A DNA stretch of 64,000 nucleotides from Pelomyxa schiedti (Eukaryota; Protista; Evosea): NCBI GenBank assembly GCA_020536535.1, contig JAHLWZ010000798.1:84177-148176 (forward strand). Direction: 5' to 3'. Both the position numbers and the translations under genes were made by a program. Each line of letters begins with the position of its first letter. The first letter of the stretch is position 1. This document shows, one piece after another, positions 1 to 13,706 of this stretch. The notes below the pieces were generated by a model that saw nothing but the letters and a program-made list of their open reading frames with translations, was not told where the DNA came from and searched no databases.

Positions 1-1649
1 CACTGTGTGTGGACTGTTAGTTTAGTGGTTCTTCTTTGTAAACCACCAGTGTGTGGGATAAGTCGACGGTGCTCTTTTGGTCTCTTTGTTTGTGGTACGT
101 CCTATCTTTTGTCACTGCTATGTAGGTTTGGCCACTTTGCAAAACCAGAGCATATTTGCACCTTTTATGCTCATATGAGCCCATATCAAGGCACATGTGA
201 GGGAACTAGCAGGTACCAACGAAAGAACTTTTTTTTTTCCTCTTTCTTTTTATTATAAATAACTTATTCGATTGTTAGGGCCTCCTTTCACCTTGGTGAA
301 AAGGATGCCTTAAGGGATTGACCTTGTCAATATTGTAGCTCAGTATTAGAAGGAGACTTGCCGAATCACCAGCTTGTGAATAATGCAAGGCAAGTCAGAG
401 AGTGGCTCTCTGTGAGGTCTTTATTTAATGGATTCTGCACGGTGTTGCGACACCAACACTCAAATACCATCATCCCACACAAGGCATCCAAAACGCTTTT
501 ATAGGAGGTGACAGTAATGGCAATTCGCCCGGAGTCATGTCCCGGCTGTGGGGAAATTGCATCGGCTCCAACGTATTGCACTGACATGTGCTTTAGGCAC
601 AGGTGTGTGTGTTCACTGAGTGTTGTTGCGGATTGCATAAGAAGTTTTGTTGTAGCATCCGACTGGTTACTATGAAGTATTCTCACAACCACAGGCGGAC
701 CTGGACTTATGGTAAGGCAATTATCAACAAGCAGCAAGCTATTACATTTTTCGGAAAGTAAATTTTGGAATCTATCGGAATCCAGCTGCGGGGAAGTTGA
801 AGCTTCTATTTCATGTGAGATGATACATGATTAAGGGGATATGGGGATACCTGGAGAGGGAGTTGAATCGCATTTAACTGTACTATGACATGGGTGAAGT
901 GGAGATGATCCTGAAAGTGAAAGAGGGGGAGGAGTTGATGATATTGATGCCGGGATAGGTGCTGATAGGCACAGTGGTGGGGGAGGTGAATTGTGGGATA
1001 ACGGAGCAAGCGGAAGTGACAAAGAGGATGTTTGAGAAGTGCAAATTGTAGGGGGGTGTTCTGTTGGTTCATCATACACTTTCGGGGCACCCACGGGCTG
1101 CAGTGAACTTCGTGTTTTGCATTGAGATTGAATGTCACTTGAGTCCATTAGCGGTCGTGGAACTTTGTGGGACCCAGCTGATTTCTTTCTGTAGTCACGT
1201 GCAACAAGCCTGAACTTCTTTGTAGATGCGACATTGCCACCACCAAAGTCCATCAACAAGACGAGATCATTTATGTTTATGTGCGTTCTACACCTTTTAT
1301 CACAACTAGAGAAGGGATGCAGGAATACAAACTTTGGCGATGAGCAAAATTGTTTTATTGTAAACTGAAACACATCGGAAACTCCACTTTCTGAAGCTGA
1401 TGGCACATGCTCCTTGATCAAAACGCGTAGAAGTTTGCCACCAGGACCTTTGCATTGATAACAAAGCGCTTCTAATGAGGGCAAATGTTAGCACAGTGTT
1501 CATGGAAGGGCCAGAAATACCTCTTTGAGTATAGAAGTCACAACACTTTGCGGAAATAACAACGCCGAAAATATCCTGTACACTCATTCTCCTCTCCAAA
1601 CGCCATCTTCTATTTACCTCCACACGAAGCTATTATTTTGTAAAGACAT
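1..1649 (-). CDS. Hypothetical multi-exon protein; Cys-containing N-terminal domain followed by a Pro/Ser-rich linker; 3' end unresolved and may run off the window
   Basis: ATG at 1649. GT-AG introns join exons giving DIFGVVISAKCCDFYTQREALCYQCKGPGGKLLRV...LVLLMDFGGGNVASTKKFRLVARDYRKK (ORF 831-1484). ORF 366-737 is a further probable exon. Confidence 0.45.
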
Positions 1650-2188
1650 GAGAAACGGAGTCGTTTCAGGGTTTTTTTTTATTTAGTGTGGGGGAAAAAA
1701 AAAGGTGTATTACTTCAGGGTAACTTCGTGGCCAAATATCAAATCGTGACAAACTAACAGAGACATCATCACACTGCTTTTCCATTGCTATTTGTTTATG
1801 TGTTGAGTGTCGTGTTGTTGGTGCAATTTTTGTTGTTTTGTGGCGGAGGAGTAGAAAAATAAGTATAATCAATGCAAGGCAGTATTGACTTTTTTCACTG
1901 TATAAGGCGTTATACTAATGCGCCAAACCTAAATTCATCCATTGAAAAACTTCCGGATGCGAAATCGCCTGAGTTACTTTTAGTGGCAACAACGCCAGTC
2001 CAGGAAATTCTTAAATCTAAGTAGGCGATTCAGTGCATTCGTTGATCACCCAAAACTTTGTGTGAACAGACCGTTCTTCTTGTGAGAGACATTTCCCCGG
2101 GAGGGCGACGAACCTTTTTGTAGATCCAGCCAATTCCAAATCTGCAATCTCTCCGTACAAAGTGAAATTTCATTTTCTTGAACATATT

Positions 2189-5100
2189 ATGAAGGAAGAG
2201 GAGCCACGCAAGCGAGAACACGCTCCGGTGGTTGAGACCGGTGTCGCAAATCCGGCAAATCCGAAGCGAAGTAGGGTGGTTGTTTCTGTGTCGGGGTCGT
2301 CTTACTCTACTACTACGACAACATCGTCGGCGAGTACGCCGTCCACTGTCATCAGAATCCCTCTTCCGCAACACTCGCAGCAGTTGCCTCCCCACCAAGT
2401 AACTGATGTGCCTACGCCTTGTTACTTGGCGCCGTCGCCGCCCATAGTTACTGTTGTAAGCGGCGCCTCCAGGAAGCACACCAATTCCACTGTGACAGTG
2501 ACTCGCGCAATGGCCCCTCCGCGCTCTCCACCACCACCAATGTCCCCGCACACTCCCATGTCGCCCCCAGCCGCGCCACCTAGGTCACCCCCTCCCCCAC
2601 AAACTCCTCCGAGGTCTCCCCCACCACTGTCCCCGCCGCCGTCCACTTCTCCATCTGATACATCTACTGTTGTTGATGACACTGATGCCAACTGTGTGGA
2701 TGACGACGACGAGGAGGGAGATGACTGGGAAGAGGATAAGTTTGAAGACTTGGAACGTATACCTTCAGATAAGTTTGGCGTTCTACAACTTACAAACGCC
2801 AGACACAAAAATTGCTACTCTGGCACCCTCAGATGAGCCATACTTTGATGCAGACTTCTCCTCCATGGAACTTATGGTGATGTGAAGGGACTTTGTGTCC
2901 TCGGCTAACCCAAATAAGCCCAATTCTTCTACATTACCCTTGTGGGTTTGTCCAAATGGCCGAATCTACCTTGAAACTTTTTCATCAAAGTACCGTCAGG
3001 CATATGATTTTGTCATTGCCATAGCCGAGCCTGTTTGCAGGTATTCTTTCCTAAAATACTTCCAGTTCGCACAGTTTGGATTAGACCTCGGCATGTACAA
3101 GAATACCAGCTCACCCCACATTCACTCTATGGTGCTGTGTCAACTGGTTTAACATCGGAGACAATTATAAAGGCTTTACAAATGTTATCAAAGGTTTGGC
3201 AGCCTTGGGATCTGCATGTTAACTTGAAAATAGGTGCGAGTGCCCATTGAAATTCAAAATATCATTCGGACATGCACGTCAAGTTACGGCAAAGTGAAAC
3301 TTATTTTGAGGAAAAACAAATACTTCTGCGAAAGTAAATCCCGAGATGTTCTAAACAGGCTAGTAGGAGATGGACTAATCCGAGATGCCTTGGCAGTATG
3401 TTTCCTGCCTATCTTTTCTGTACTTGACTTTTTTTTCTTGGTAAGCCACTTAACGAAGGCTGCACGAGTTATATTTCTTCATCTACTATCGACACTGAGA
3501 AGAAATTTTCTTCGATGAATCCTGCCGCCGCCATACTGCAAGGTGATGACGATTCTGATGACGAAGAGCAAGGTCACAAGTCTCTTGTGCATTCTTTTGA
3601 GATTACTCCACCAAAAGTCGAAGTAGCCTTTTACTGTCACTTTTCAATACCTAAGTTCGCTAAAAAAACCCAAAGGGTGTCAAGAAGCGGTGTGTAGAGC
3701 TGGAATACCCACTGCTGGAGGAATATGACTTTAGGAACGACACAAATACTCCAGACTTGAAGATAGACTTGAAGCCAACTACTATAATCCGCCCTTATCA
3801 AGAAAAATCCCTCTCACAGATGTTCAGTAATGGGTTGGCGGTCTAAGGTAATTTCCCTAGATAACCATACCTTCCAGAAGAGCAAGGTCGGGGTTAATTG
3901 TACTCCCATGTGGCGCTGGTAAGTCACTTGTTGGTGTTACTGCGGCATGTACTATTAAGAAGTCGACTTTACTTCTCTGCACAAATTCGTGAGTTTCTGG
4001 ATTAAGATCGTGCTCTAACATGTATTCAGAGTCTCTGTTGATCAATGGCGAGAACAGTTCAGGATGTGGTCTACAATACAAGACAATCAAATCTCCCGTT
4101 TTACATCAGAACTAAAAGAGGTGAAGGGGGAAAAAATAACTGTGAAAGTAAAGCTTTTAGGGAATGTCTGTTGATACAGCTGGAGTGACGATTACTACAT
4201 ACACTATGTTAACCTTCAGTGGAAAGCGCAATCATAAATCGGCTGATATCATTAAAAGTTGCTTCTTAATGATTCATACCATTTCTAAGTGCAACAGAAC
4301 TCCAAGACAAAGAATGGGGCTTACTTGTACTTGATGAAGTGCATGTCGTTCCTGCGGTTGTATTTCGTAAGGTGCTGTCTGTGGTTGCGTCTCATTGTAA
4401 ATTGGGTTTAACTGGTAGGTATACAAATAAAAAAAAACCTCTTCTCACCAAGCAACTTTAAGCGACTTTGGTTCGTGAAGACAAGAGAATTGGTGATCTT
4501 AACTTCCTGATTGGACCAAAATTGTATGAGGCGAATTGGCTCGATCTTGTGAGTGCAGGATACATAGCAAACGTGCAGTGTGTTGAAGTGTGGTGCCAAA
4601 TGACTGAAGCTTTTTATAAAGCCTATCTTACCTCCACTGACCCGAGGTTGGCCTGTCTTTTTTGGCCTGCAATTTATTTTTCCCCAGGCAGCAGCAACTT
4701 TTATATGTAATGAATCCAAATAAATTCCAAGCCTGCCAGTATTTGATGCAGTTTCATGAGAACAGGCATGCACTAACCAGTGATGTCAGTATTGAATTAC
4801 TCTCAACAGAGGAGACAAAGTTATCGTATTCAGTGATAACATTGATGCCCTCAAACACTATGCCAAAATGCTGCAGCGGCCTTTCATTTATGGTCCAACA
4901 AGTAATCAAGAGAGACTAGCAGTTCTTGAAGCATTTAAGAATACGTCAAAAATTAAGTCCATTTTCATTTCAAGGGTATATTTCCGCTATGATGGTGTAT
5001 AAATAATAATATTTTAGGTTGGTGATAATTCTATTGACCTACCCGAAGCAAACGTTGTAATACAAATATCCTCTCATTTTGGGTCACGAAGACAGGAGGC

Positions 5101-5710
5101 TCAGCGACTCGGTAAAACCTTTAGGCTTTTGGACTTTTCCTTATTATTACAACAGGTCGCATTCTGCGTCCTAAGTCACGCATGGAGGGTGGATTCAATG
5201 CATTTTTCTATACACTTGTATCCACTGATACGCATGAGATGTACTTTTCCACTCGGAGACAGCAGTTCCTTGTTGATCAAGGCTATGCTTTCAAAGTACA
5301 ATTTTAGCCTTTTTTTGTGCCTTCATAATTAAGCACAGGTTGTGAGAGAACTTCAAGACATGGACCAAGCCAACCTACTACTCAAAACTCCCAAAGATCA
5401 GGATAGTCTTCTTGCTCAAGTTTTAGGGGCACAGAATGAAGATGAAGAAGAATTCTTGCGTGACAAGGATGATATTACCAGACACCCAGCAGCCAAGCGC
5501 TCGACAAGTACGCTCTTCCCCCAATTTACACAATAAGTAATTGGTACAGGATCCGCCCGGTCTCTTGCTGGTGGGGAAGGCAGAGTGTATGCAGAGGTGA
5601 AAAAATCTAAGAAGGCAAAAGGACCCACAAATGCAGTGATGCGTCAGTACTTCAACACGAAAAAAGCAGCCAGGGACCTGAAGAAAACTCCTCCCCCATC
5701 ATCATCCTAA
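2189..5710 (+). CDS. ERCC3: TFIIH helicase subunit XPB (ERCC3/SSL2/RAD25) with an approximately 190-aa Pro/Ser/Thr-rich N-terminal extension; multi-exon
   Basis: Spliced motifs [51 protein letters not shown], Walker [69 protein letters not shown]. Introns 2757-2802 and 2877-2918 link the Pro-rich ORF in frame. Confidence 0.97.
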
Positions 5711-5828
5711 CTTCCCGTTTTGCTAAAAGAACGAAGAGAACTGTTTGATTTGGATAGTATTCTTTTTTTAACACTCAAATGTGGTTGGAGGAAAATGTCT
5801 CTGTGAGCTCACATAATTTACATCGGGC

Positions 5829-7341
5829 TCAAACAAGGTGTTGGGCATTGGAGAAGCCTTGCACATAACCACTGGTTTTGACAGCATCAACGCGCCCTTC
5901 TTTCCCCAAGCCGTGGCCAGAGTTGTCGAATCGTTGTTTGTGTGCACCCGTGTAGTATTTGGGATCTTAAGGTAGAATGAGTGAGAAAACAAGCACAAAA
6001 ACAGGGGACTACCAGTCAGGCGGTTCAGAATATCAGAATGGCCAGAGGTCTGGTGAAGAAAGGAAACACTAAGAGGAGCAATGAAAAGGTAAAGAAGGAC
6101 ATACTGAAGCAGTTGTCTTGGTTGCAGTCTTGGTAGTTGCAGTAGTACCCGTCTTGGAAGTGGGGCTCGAATGTGAGTCGTGAGTGCCAACTTTTGGAGG
6201 AGTGGTGGGTGTTGTGGCCTTGGTACCAGTTTTAGGGGAAGTTCGTGTTCCAGTTGCTTTGGGCCCGGGGTGAGCTGTAAAACAATGTAAGTAGAGAAAG
6301 GTATTTGAGGTTTACAACCTTCCGGGAACCGGGACTTGTGTGCCCCAGTGTAGAGGTTGGGATCTGTTAATCTATCAAGGATGCCGGACTTTCCATTGGC
6401 AGGGTCCTGAGCAGCATTAGCCAATAAACACGATCGAATAAGCCTTTACCTCTGGTTTGGAAGCTGATTTGTCGGGTTTCTCCTCAACAGCCTGAGGCTC
6501 ACTCGAGGGATTTGTTTTATTTCCTCCCGAGGCATCCGAATGCTCCGATTTTGGAGATTCTGGATCTGAAGGGGATACTGAAGTGGAACTCTCCTTTGTG
6601 GATGGCTCCTTGGTAGGGGACGACTTTTTACTGTCAACAGCTGCCTCAGTGTGTGATTCCACTTGCCCTTGGGATGAGGGCGGCTGATGCTTTGGTTGTG
6701 TGGTTGTTGTTGGGGTGGTTGTTGCACTCTTGACTGTAGAGGCAGTTTTCGAAGTCGTTTTAGAAGTCGTTTTAGAAGTTGCCCCCGTTTTACTAACATT
6801 TGAGGTTCCGGTAGTTGTTTTGGTGGCAGTTTTTCCTGTGGTTGTGGAAGTCTTAGTGGGAGACGTTGTCTTAGGTGCCGTCTTCACAGAAGAAGGGGAA
6901 GAGGTTTTGGTTGCAGGAGTTGCCTTTGTCGTCGTTTTGGACGCGCTTAGGGTAGACGGATGAGTGGGCTTTACTACAGTGGTACTGTTGGCCTTGGGGT
7001 GCTCCAGCAAAGTATGAACATTACTGAAACCAGCTACGTAGCCCGTCTCCGTGTGTCTCTCTTCTCTTCCGTCGATACCTGTGACAGTATTCGAAAAAAA
7101 AGAAACACGCGGAGCAGTACTACGAGTCTTCAAAAATGATATATACCAAGTCCTTCACCGCCGTCTCCGAAGCGTTGTTTGTGTGCCCCAGTATATTTAG
7201 AGGGGTCTGTAAGTCTGTCGAGAATCGAAGACTTGAAAAGAGTGAGGGGACTAACAAAAAAAAAAAAAAAAAAACCGACCCCGAATCTACAAAAAAAACT
7301 ACGGAGAAACAACAATAAACGATATGTACCTGCTGCGACAT
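5829..7341 (-). CDS. TPPP-like microtubule-binding protein with multiple partial p25-alpha repeats separated by Thr/Lys/Ser-rich linkers
   Basis: Repeats [58 protein letters not shown] (truncated) and [37 protein letters not shown] match the partial p25-alpha consensus RLTDxxxYTGxHKxRF...GxGxGxxGR. Confidence 0.85.
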
Positions 7342-7468
7342 GTACGTTTACTACAACGAGCTGTTGGCGTACTGGTTTTTTTTTTTTTTTTGTTGCGGTG
7401 TTCCTTTTTTGAAATGTCAAGCAACGTTCCGGCAAATTGATCACCCAATTTCGCACCAACGTCCGAAA

Positions 7469-8714
7469 ATGGGACAACGTTATTCGGCTGTGGCTGTGCG
7501 GCAGAGTCTGACTGATGTATCGCGTGACGTGGTGCATTCACTAGATACAGACAGGTGGTATGACGTCGTGTGCAAGCTGGCGTCGTGGGACCGGTATTCT
7601 TTAAACTCCAAAGTACGGTCGGTTTATCGTATCGTCACTGTGAAGCGGGAGTCTTCTAACTTCGTAGTTTTTAGAGTATGGCTGAGGTGAGGGAATACCT
7701 CAAGGGCATTATGGGAAGTATTGGAGGAAACTTGGTTTCTGACACACAAGAGGTTGATGTTTTGGGTACTCCTGGCACGAACATCATTGGTCGCATCAAG
7801 GTACTGCCACCGAACTCAATTAACCGAAATTATACAAAGAATGTGACAGGGTGCACCAGGGAGTACGAAAAAGGTAATTGTTGGAGCACACTATGATGCA
7901 ATTTCAGAAAACCCTGATGAACAACCTGCTCCAGGTGCATTGGTATCAATCAGTTCTGAAAAAGAAAAAAAAACCTTTTACCATTTAACGAAAATTAGGA
8001 TAACGCAAGTGGGGCAGCTGCTGTCATCGAGCTGGCTCGAGCTTTCTCGAAGTTTCCAATCCTCTGAATGATGAGTTCATATTCTCATCTACCATAGAGT
8101 TACACCTGCCATGGATTTAGAGTTTATCCTATTTGATGGCGAAGAAGTGGGGTTTAAGGGTAGTAGAACCCATTCTGCTTCACTTGACAAATCCACGAAG
8201 ACAGTCTTCATGTTAAACATTGATATCCTTACAGAAAATAATCAATCTAAAACCTGGATATGCCTTAATTTCTCGTTCACATACCATTGGCTTCAACCAG
8301 CCTGACCCTACATTATGTAAGCAATTCCGTGCCACAGTACCTCTAGTAATAGCATGCTTAGTTGTGGAAACAGAAGCGCACAATGGAATGCTAGAACTTA
8401 TGTTCCAACATGCAAGTGCCCAAGTTAGTTCACCAATTCCCATAAAGTTTCAACTGGACACATGGGGTTCAGATCACATGCCATGTATGCCGCCCTCGAA
8501 GTTTTTCCTCTTATCCTTGCTAGATATTGCTCTGAAAATTCCAGCAGCCCTAGTTACATTTGAGCACTGCACCAGCTACCCGCACCACCACCATCACCTG
8601 GACCTCCCTAGTGCAATCAACAAAGCTGTTGCCGGTAATGTCATGCAGGTGGTGGGCTCAGTGCTCTGCCTCATGTGCTTGCAGTCTGAAGACTTCCATG
8701 ACTACCGGCCCTAA
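7469..8714 (+). CDS. M28-family Zn-dependent aminopeptidase, no obvious signal peptide
   Basis: Metal-binding and catalytic motifs VGAHYD, DNASGAAAV, FDGEEVG, MLNID, GSDH and YPHHHHHLD assembled across short GT-AG introns. An upstream exon with ATG at 7469 splices in frame via intron about 7613-7674. Confidence 0.88.
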
Positions 8715-8850
8715 CCTGAATCCCAATGCAACCAACCACAAACCACAAACCATACATCCATAATATAGACAATAGGGTATTCTTTTTGTTCTTGTATTTT
8801 TATCATTGTTTGATCAACAGCTCTCCTTTGGTTTGTGGCTTCACAGGTGT

Positions 8851-9971
8851 CTACTGGCGTTTATACCACCAGACATCCGCGTCTATTGGCCATAGTTTAT
8901 GCACAATGAGAGCAACTAAGTCCCAGTTCAATCCTCTTGCCGGGCTTTTCACCCCAAGCCTGTGGTGCTGTGCACACAGAAGACTAAGGGCAGCAGGTCT
9001 GCGTGCACAGACTCCAATTGTTTGCCTCGTCTGACTATGCCACAAAGCGATGTATGTAAAGTCGCGGCCAACAAAATCCCCTCCAGTGGATATGGCCACA
9101 TTGTTGAACCTTGGGTGCTTGATCATTTCACAGGCAACTTCCCACCACTTCTCTGTAATTGCCCACTCGAACAACGTGATGGATGACCCTGGGGTGATGC
9201 AGCAGTGTGGATTGAATGTGTGGTGTGATGTTACCTTGAGCGCCACATTAGTAGTGGTAAGGCCCAGCATGGGAACTCTTCGGGAGCGTTCATCCCCAAA
9301 GTCCTTGGCAAAATCCACGCATTTGGTCGCATCAAAGTCAGGAATGTCAATGATTTGAAGAGCCGCTTTCCGCAAGTCATATTTCAGAACCATGGAAAAA
9401 GGACTCCTAAGTGACGTACTCCACAGGGAGCGGAACTTCTTGTGCTTGATGATGGCAGCAACCACTTCTCTGCTGACAGGAAATTCACCTTCCCGCGCGG
9501 CGCTCATCATAGCATAAAAGTGTTCCATTGCCGAGAACCTCTCCGTCTTTGCCAGCGCAATAGCAACGGCATTGCGACTTTGACGTAGGCATTCAAGAAA
9601 CAGCGAGCCTGCCTTGCCACTGAACATCGCGTTTGGGTCGAAATTGGGGTGCTTCACCAGCCCCAACAGTTGAGCTGTCCTGCTCGAGTCCCCTAGCCAG
9701 TCCTTGAACCAGCTAAGCAACTGCTCTGGCTTCAGGCTCCTGCTAGGGAAATTTGGGCTCGAATCGTCGTAGTAATGGTTCTTGATGTCTTGTTGCCTCT
9801 CTGCGTTTTACGATACATTTGCATTAGCTCTTTGGCGTTGACCGGTAATGAGTAGAGAAATGAACGACACTGTTTCATACCAACGCCATATGAAACCAAG
9901 GAGCTTTCAATTGCCCTCCTCATAGCCTTCCTGTCAGCCTCATCTACATCTTGGTGGTACCAACTATCCAT
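8851..9971 (-). CDS. Hypothetical protein with degenerate ankyrin-like helical repeats (recurring HPNFDPN / IPDFDAT / HHTFNPH / HPRFNN motif); two exons
   Basis: 289-aa open exon 8851-9720 joined in frame to a short first exon by one GT-AG intron. C-terminal LLCAQHHRLGVKSPARGL motif. Confidence 0.6.
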
Positions 9972-10184
9972 CAAAAGTCCTTCGCGTTTTCTTTTTTTTT
10001 TTTTTAATTTATCTGCTGTGGGTGAAATCCGTTTTTTGTTCTTTTATGCTGAATTACCTACTCGGGCTGGTTTCTGGTGTAAGTTGCCCGGAAAACGCCT
10101 ACTTGAGTTTTCGATTTGGCAACTACAACAAGCTTGCAATGTTTCTTTGTGGGTATGGTTTAAACAATCATTAGATGGTTCATA

Positions 10185-13100
10185 TCAGAGTTGTTGAAGA
10201 AGAGAGGCAAGGGATAGAATCTTCTCTGTTGCTTTCTGTGCAGAATGAGTTCCATGTGGATTATTTCTTTTTTTTTTTTTTGTAAACCTTGACTTCAGTT
10301 TGGGCCACACTCAGTTTTGTCTCCAGGTCTGTAATTTTTATGTTGAGTGTTTCTATAAGCTGTAACAAGTCGGAATTCCGGTGCTCTAGTTGATTGATTT
10401 TGTTCTCTAGTTGATTTGATTTGTTCTCAAGTTGCCGGTTTGCCTTGTGCAGGTCATCTCTTTCCTTCACAAGGTCTCTCCCCCTGTCAGTCAATTCGGA
10501 GTTTTTCCGTTCTAAGTCACTGCATTGCTGTGACAATTGTCTGCATCTATTTTCAAGTGTTTCAATGTGGTGCCTGGATGCGTCATGTTGCTGGTTAATT
10601 AGCTGTCGTTGAGCTATTTCTTCCGTGTGTTGTTGATGCAGTTGGGAATTCTCTTGTTGCAGTTGCGAGTTCTCTTGTTGTAGTTTGGTCTCAGCTATGA
10701 GTATACTGGATTGTGTTTAAAAGATATTTTAGAAGTGGAATAACACAAGACGGTTTACGATACTCTAAAAGGGCAAGAACTCTTTCCTGATCAGCCAGAA
10801 CTACACAATAAGGAGTTAAGAGGTTGTGAAGACAGTATTGGAACTGTGGTACCTTCTTCTGCCCTTTTCGGTGTAGAGTTGAGTTCAGCAATATGGCTAG
10901 CAATCTGTGTCAGGACCTCTATGCTCTTCCATAGGTACATAGTCTGTGTGCAACATTCACTTACAAGTTCATTCCTCATTGCGGTGCACTTCTCTCTGTT
11001 TATTGGCTGGTCGGCGGTTAACCCCTCTAAAAAAACAAAGGAATGAATTGAAGTTGGAATAATTCCCCTCCCTCACTTATCACGCTGCTTATGTTGTCAA
11101 CATATGCTTTGACGCGATTCACTCTGTTATTTCGTCTTTGTTGGTTTGTAAGCACAAAAGTAACAGTTAAAAGGACTCACTCTTCCACATCAGAACAGAT
11201 CTTTTCAAGGGTGCCGAATTCTGAAGACGGTTACACAAACTCAAAAAACGACAGAGATACCAGGCCAAGGAAAAATGAGAGGTAGCAAATTGGAACACGT
11301 TTGTGAGTCTAGCTATTTGTTGTAAACAAAACAAACTCTTTATAAACTCACACCTGGGTCTGTTTTTCTTGAAACTTTTTATAATTCGCCACCAGTAGAG
11401 CAAATAATGGATTACTTTCTTCTGATACCCTCATTTGAATTACGTCTCACAGCATATAGAATTGTCATACTTGTAGGCCTCTGAAAAGCCATTAATATAA
11501 TCGGACATTTCTCTTTGTGAAATTAAATGGCATTTCGCTGAATAAAAGCATTCCTCCAGTAACAACTTCTAAGGTGTAGATTAAAGACTATTGTGCAGCC
11601 AAGGGACTACCGCTTTCTCGTTTGCCGAACGCACATCACTATCTGTTACATTGAGTCATAAAAAAAGATCAGGGAGAGGGTAGAGGAAAACCAGGGATCT
11701 CTTCAATGGCGCATTTATGCTGTACGCCAGAGAAAATTGATGTGGATGTCAATGAGTCGAGCATGTAGACCTTGTTTCAGTGGGTTGAATGGAAAGAAAG
11801 GCAGAACCCACGTGCTGAACGGCGGGTTTTGAGATCGAGACTATTCTTTGTCTCTCTTGGGGGATTCCTGACCACTTTTCGATTTCTAACTGCACAATAC
11901 CGAGTAAGTGAGGTAGACGGTATAATGTACTTGTTTGACCTCACATGGCCTTTCTCCCTCCCTTGGAAATCTGTGGCATCGTACAACGGGAAGATCACAA
12001 GATTCTATGGGATTTTCTATCCAGTGCACCTGGGGGTTTAGTTTCAGAGAGTAAATGGACAGGTACACACTACCTGGCAGCAGTTTGGAGTGACAAAAGG
12101 GTGCGCAAAAAAATCAGCCCACGAAATTCTTTTATCAACCCTAGCAAAGAGTGAGGTCGAGAGGGGGGATTTATGTCATTATGTTATACGGTTGGACAAG
12201 GTGAGTTATAAGGGCTCGGCAGTCGTTGGAAATAGCCACTTCCCCAAACTGAGGAGTAGAGTTCTCTGTTTCCACACCCACCATCTTGGTGAAATTAGGT
12301 TGCTTAATTATATTTTGGTTGGTGTTTGAGACAAATTACTTGGCCCAGTGTAATTCCCAGTGACCTAAAAATGCATTGTCAAAATTGTTTCCAGGTGGAT
12401 AGGGGCAAACCAAAGATCAACAGAATCCGTGTAGCTGCCAGTCCACACTTCGGGCGGTATATATTTCTGTGTACCTTTCAGACAAGTGTTATTTGTGTAA
12501 TTGTCAGGGGGGGAAAAAAAAACCTACCAACAACCGAGCTTGAAGTGGGTTTTGATACAGAAGCAAAACCGAAATCACACACTTGTAAAAAGATATAAGT
12601 TAAAGTAATGGAAGCCTGTGAGAGGTACACACATTTAATGACCACTTGGCTAGCTGGTGTGTGTTCCAGTGGATCAGATAATAAAATCTGTTAACCACGA
12701 TAAGTGGCACACTGCAACACCAAATATTGTACATACATTATCAGGCTTGATGTCTCTGTGAACTATCTCCAATCTTAAGTGAATACTGAGAAAAAAGCGG
12801 AAGAATATAATAGTAATACCCACAAGTGAATGGTCCTCAATGCATCAGCAAGTTGTGCAAACCACAGTGATAATATACCTTCTGGTTGCCGCTTTGATGC
12901 CACCGTGTAGTTTGCTAAACTGCCACCAGAACAATACTCCATAACCACAATGTGCAGTTCGGAGGTGTCCTTAAGGGTGTCATTATGGAAAGTAGTAGGA
13001 GGGACGGAAACCCAAGACTCATGAAGGGCACAAATATTTTGATGTCTTGACTGTGTTAATATGTTCACTTCCTGCTGAAGGTACTGAAGGTAATTTTGTT

Positions 13101-13660
13101 ATCAATTTATCACAAGTGCTGCCTCATTACAAGCGAAAATTGGGGATGATGCCTTCATTGCAATAGGCGGAATGACTGCTTTTTGGATCACTTTTAGTGC
13201 GACAATGTTGGTCTTTGTGCCCCCGAACCGCAGTGTATTGCGAGCATATTTGCATTTACGGGAAATTTCCCCTTCCCTCGTCGCCCGATACACCGTGCCA
13301 TACAAACCACTGTTGCAACAAAACCAATACTTAGATAAAGGGAAAAAAAAGGACAAAAAAAGAAAAAAAAAAAAAAAAAGGAGACAAGTGGAGGAAAAAA
13401 AAAAGGGGGGGGGGGGGGGGGGGGGGGGAAAGAGGGTGCATACGTCCCCACGAGGTCAGTGATTCTGTACGATAGGTCTGTCTTTGGCGACGTGAGAATT
13501 CTGCCTATCGGCAGCTGTGCCGGTGGCGCGATGTATGCCCCTGACGCGGCCGTTTTTAATTTCCCTGTTTTTCGTGGTTCGGCCCTGCCCAAGTTGTTGG
13601 CCACCTTCGTCCTCACCGACTCTCAGTGGGACTCCCAACACTACCCTACCGGCGTAACAT
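10185..13660 (-). CDS. Ser/Thr protein kinase with C-terminal coiled coil; multi-exon; start codon tentative
   Basis: GTGLYGTVYRA, VALKVI, VVMEYCSGGSL, IVHRDIKPDN, CDFG, GTQKYIPPE and DLW recovered after splicing. Heptad-rich exon at 10261-10536. ATG 13660 requires a predicted 65-nt first intron. Confidence 0.9.
13405..13428 (+). repeat. Poly-G homopolymer (24 nt) next to A-runs inside a kinase intron
   Basis: Directly visible; the exact length may be an assembly artefact. Confidence 0.85.
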
Positions 13661-13706
13661 CAAGTGGCACGGGTTGCTTCTCCAGTCCAGAGACTCAAGG
13701 GGAAGT

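Noticed and set aside
1963-2030. 8-bp inverted repeat AATCGCCT/AGGCGATT upstream of XPB, a possible H/ACA hairpin
   Set aside because: Dozens of such 8-bp IRs are expected by chance in 64 kb, and no properly placed H box was found.
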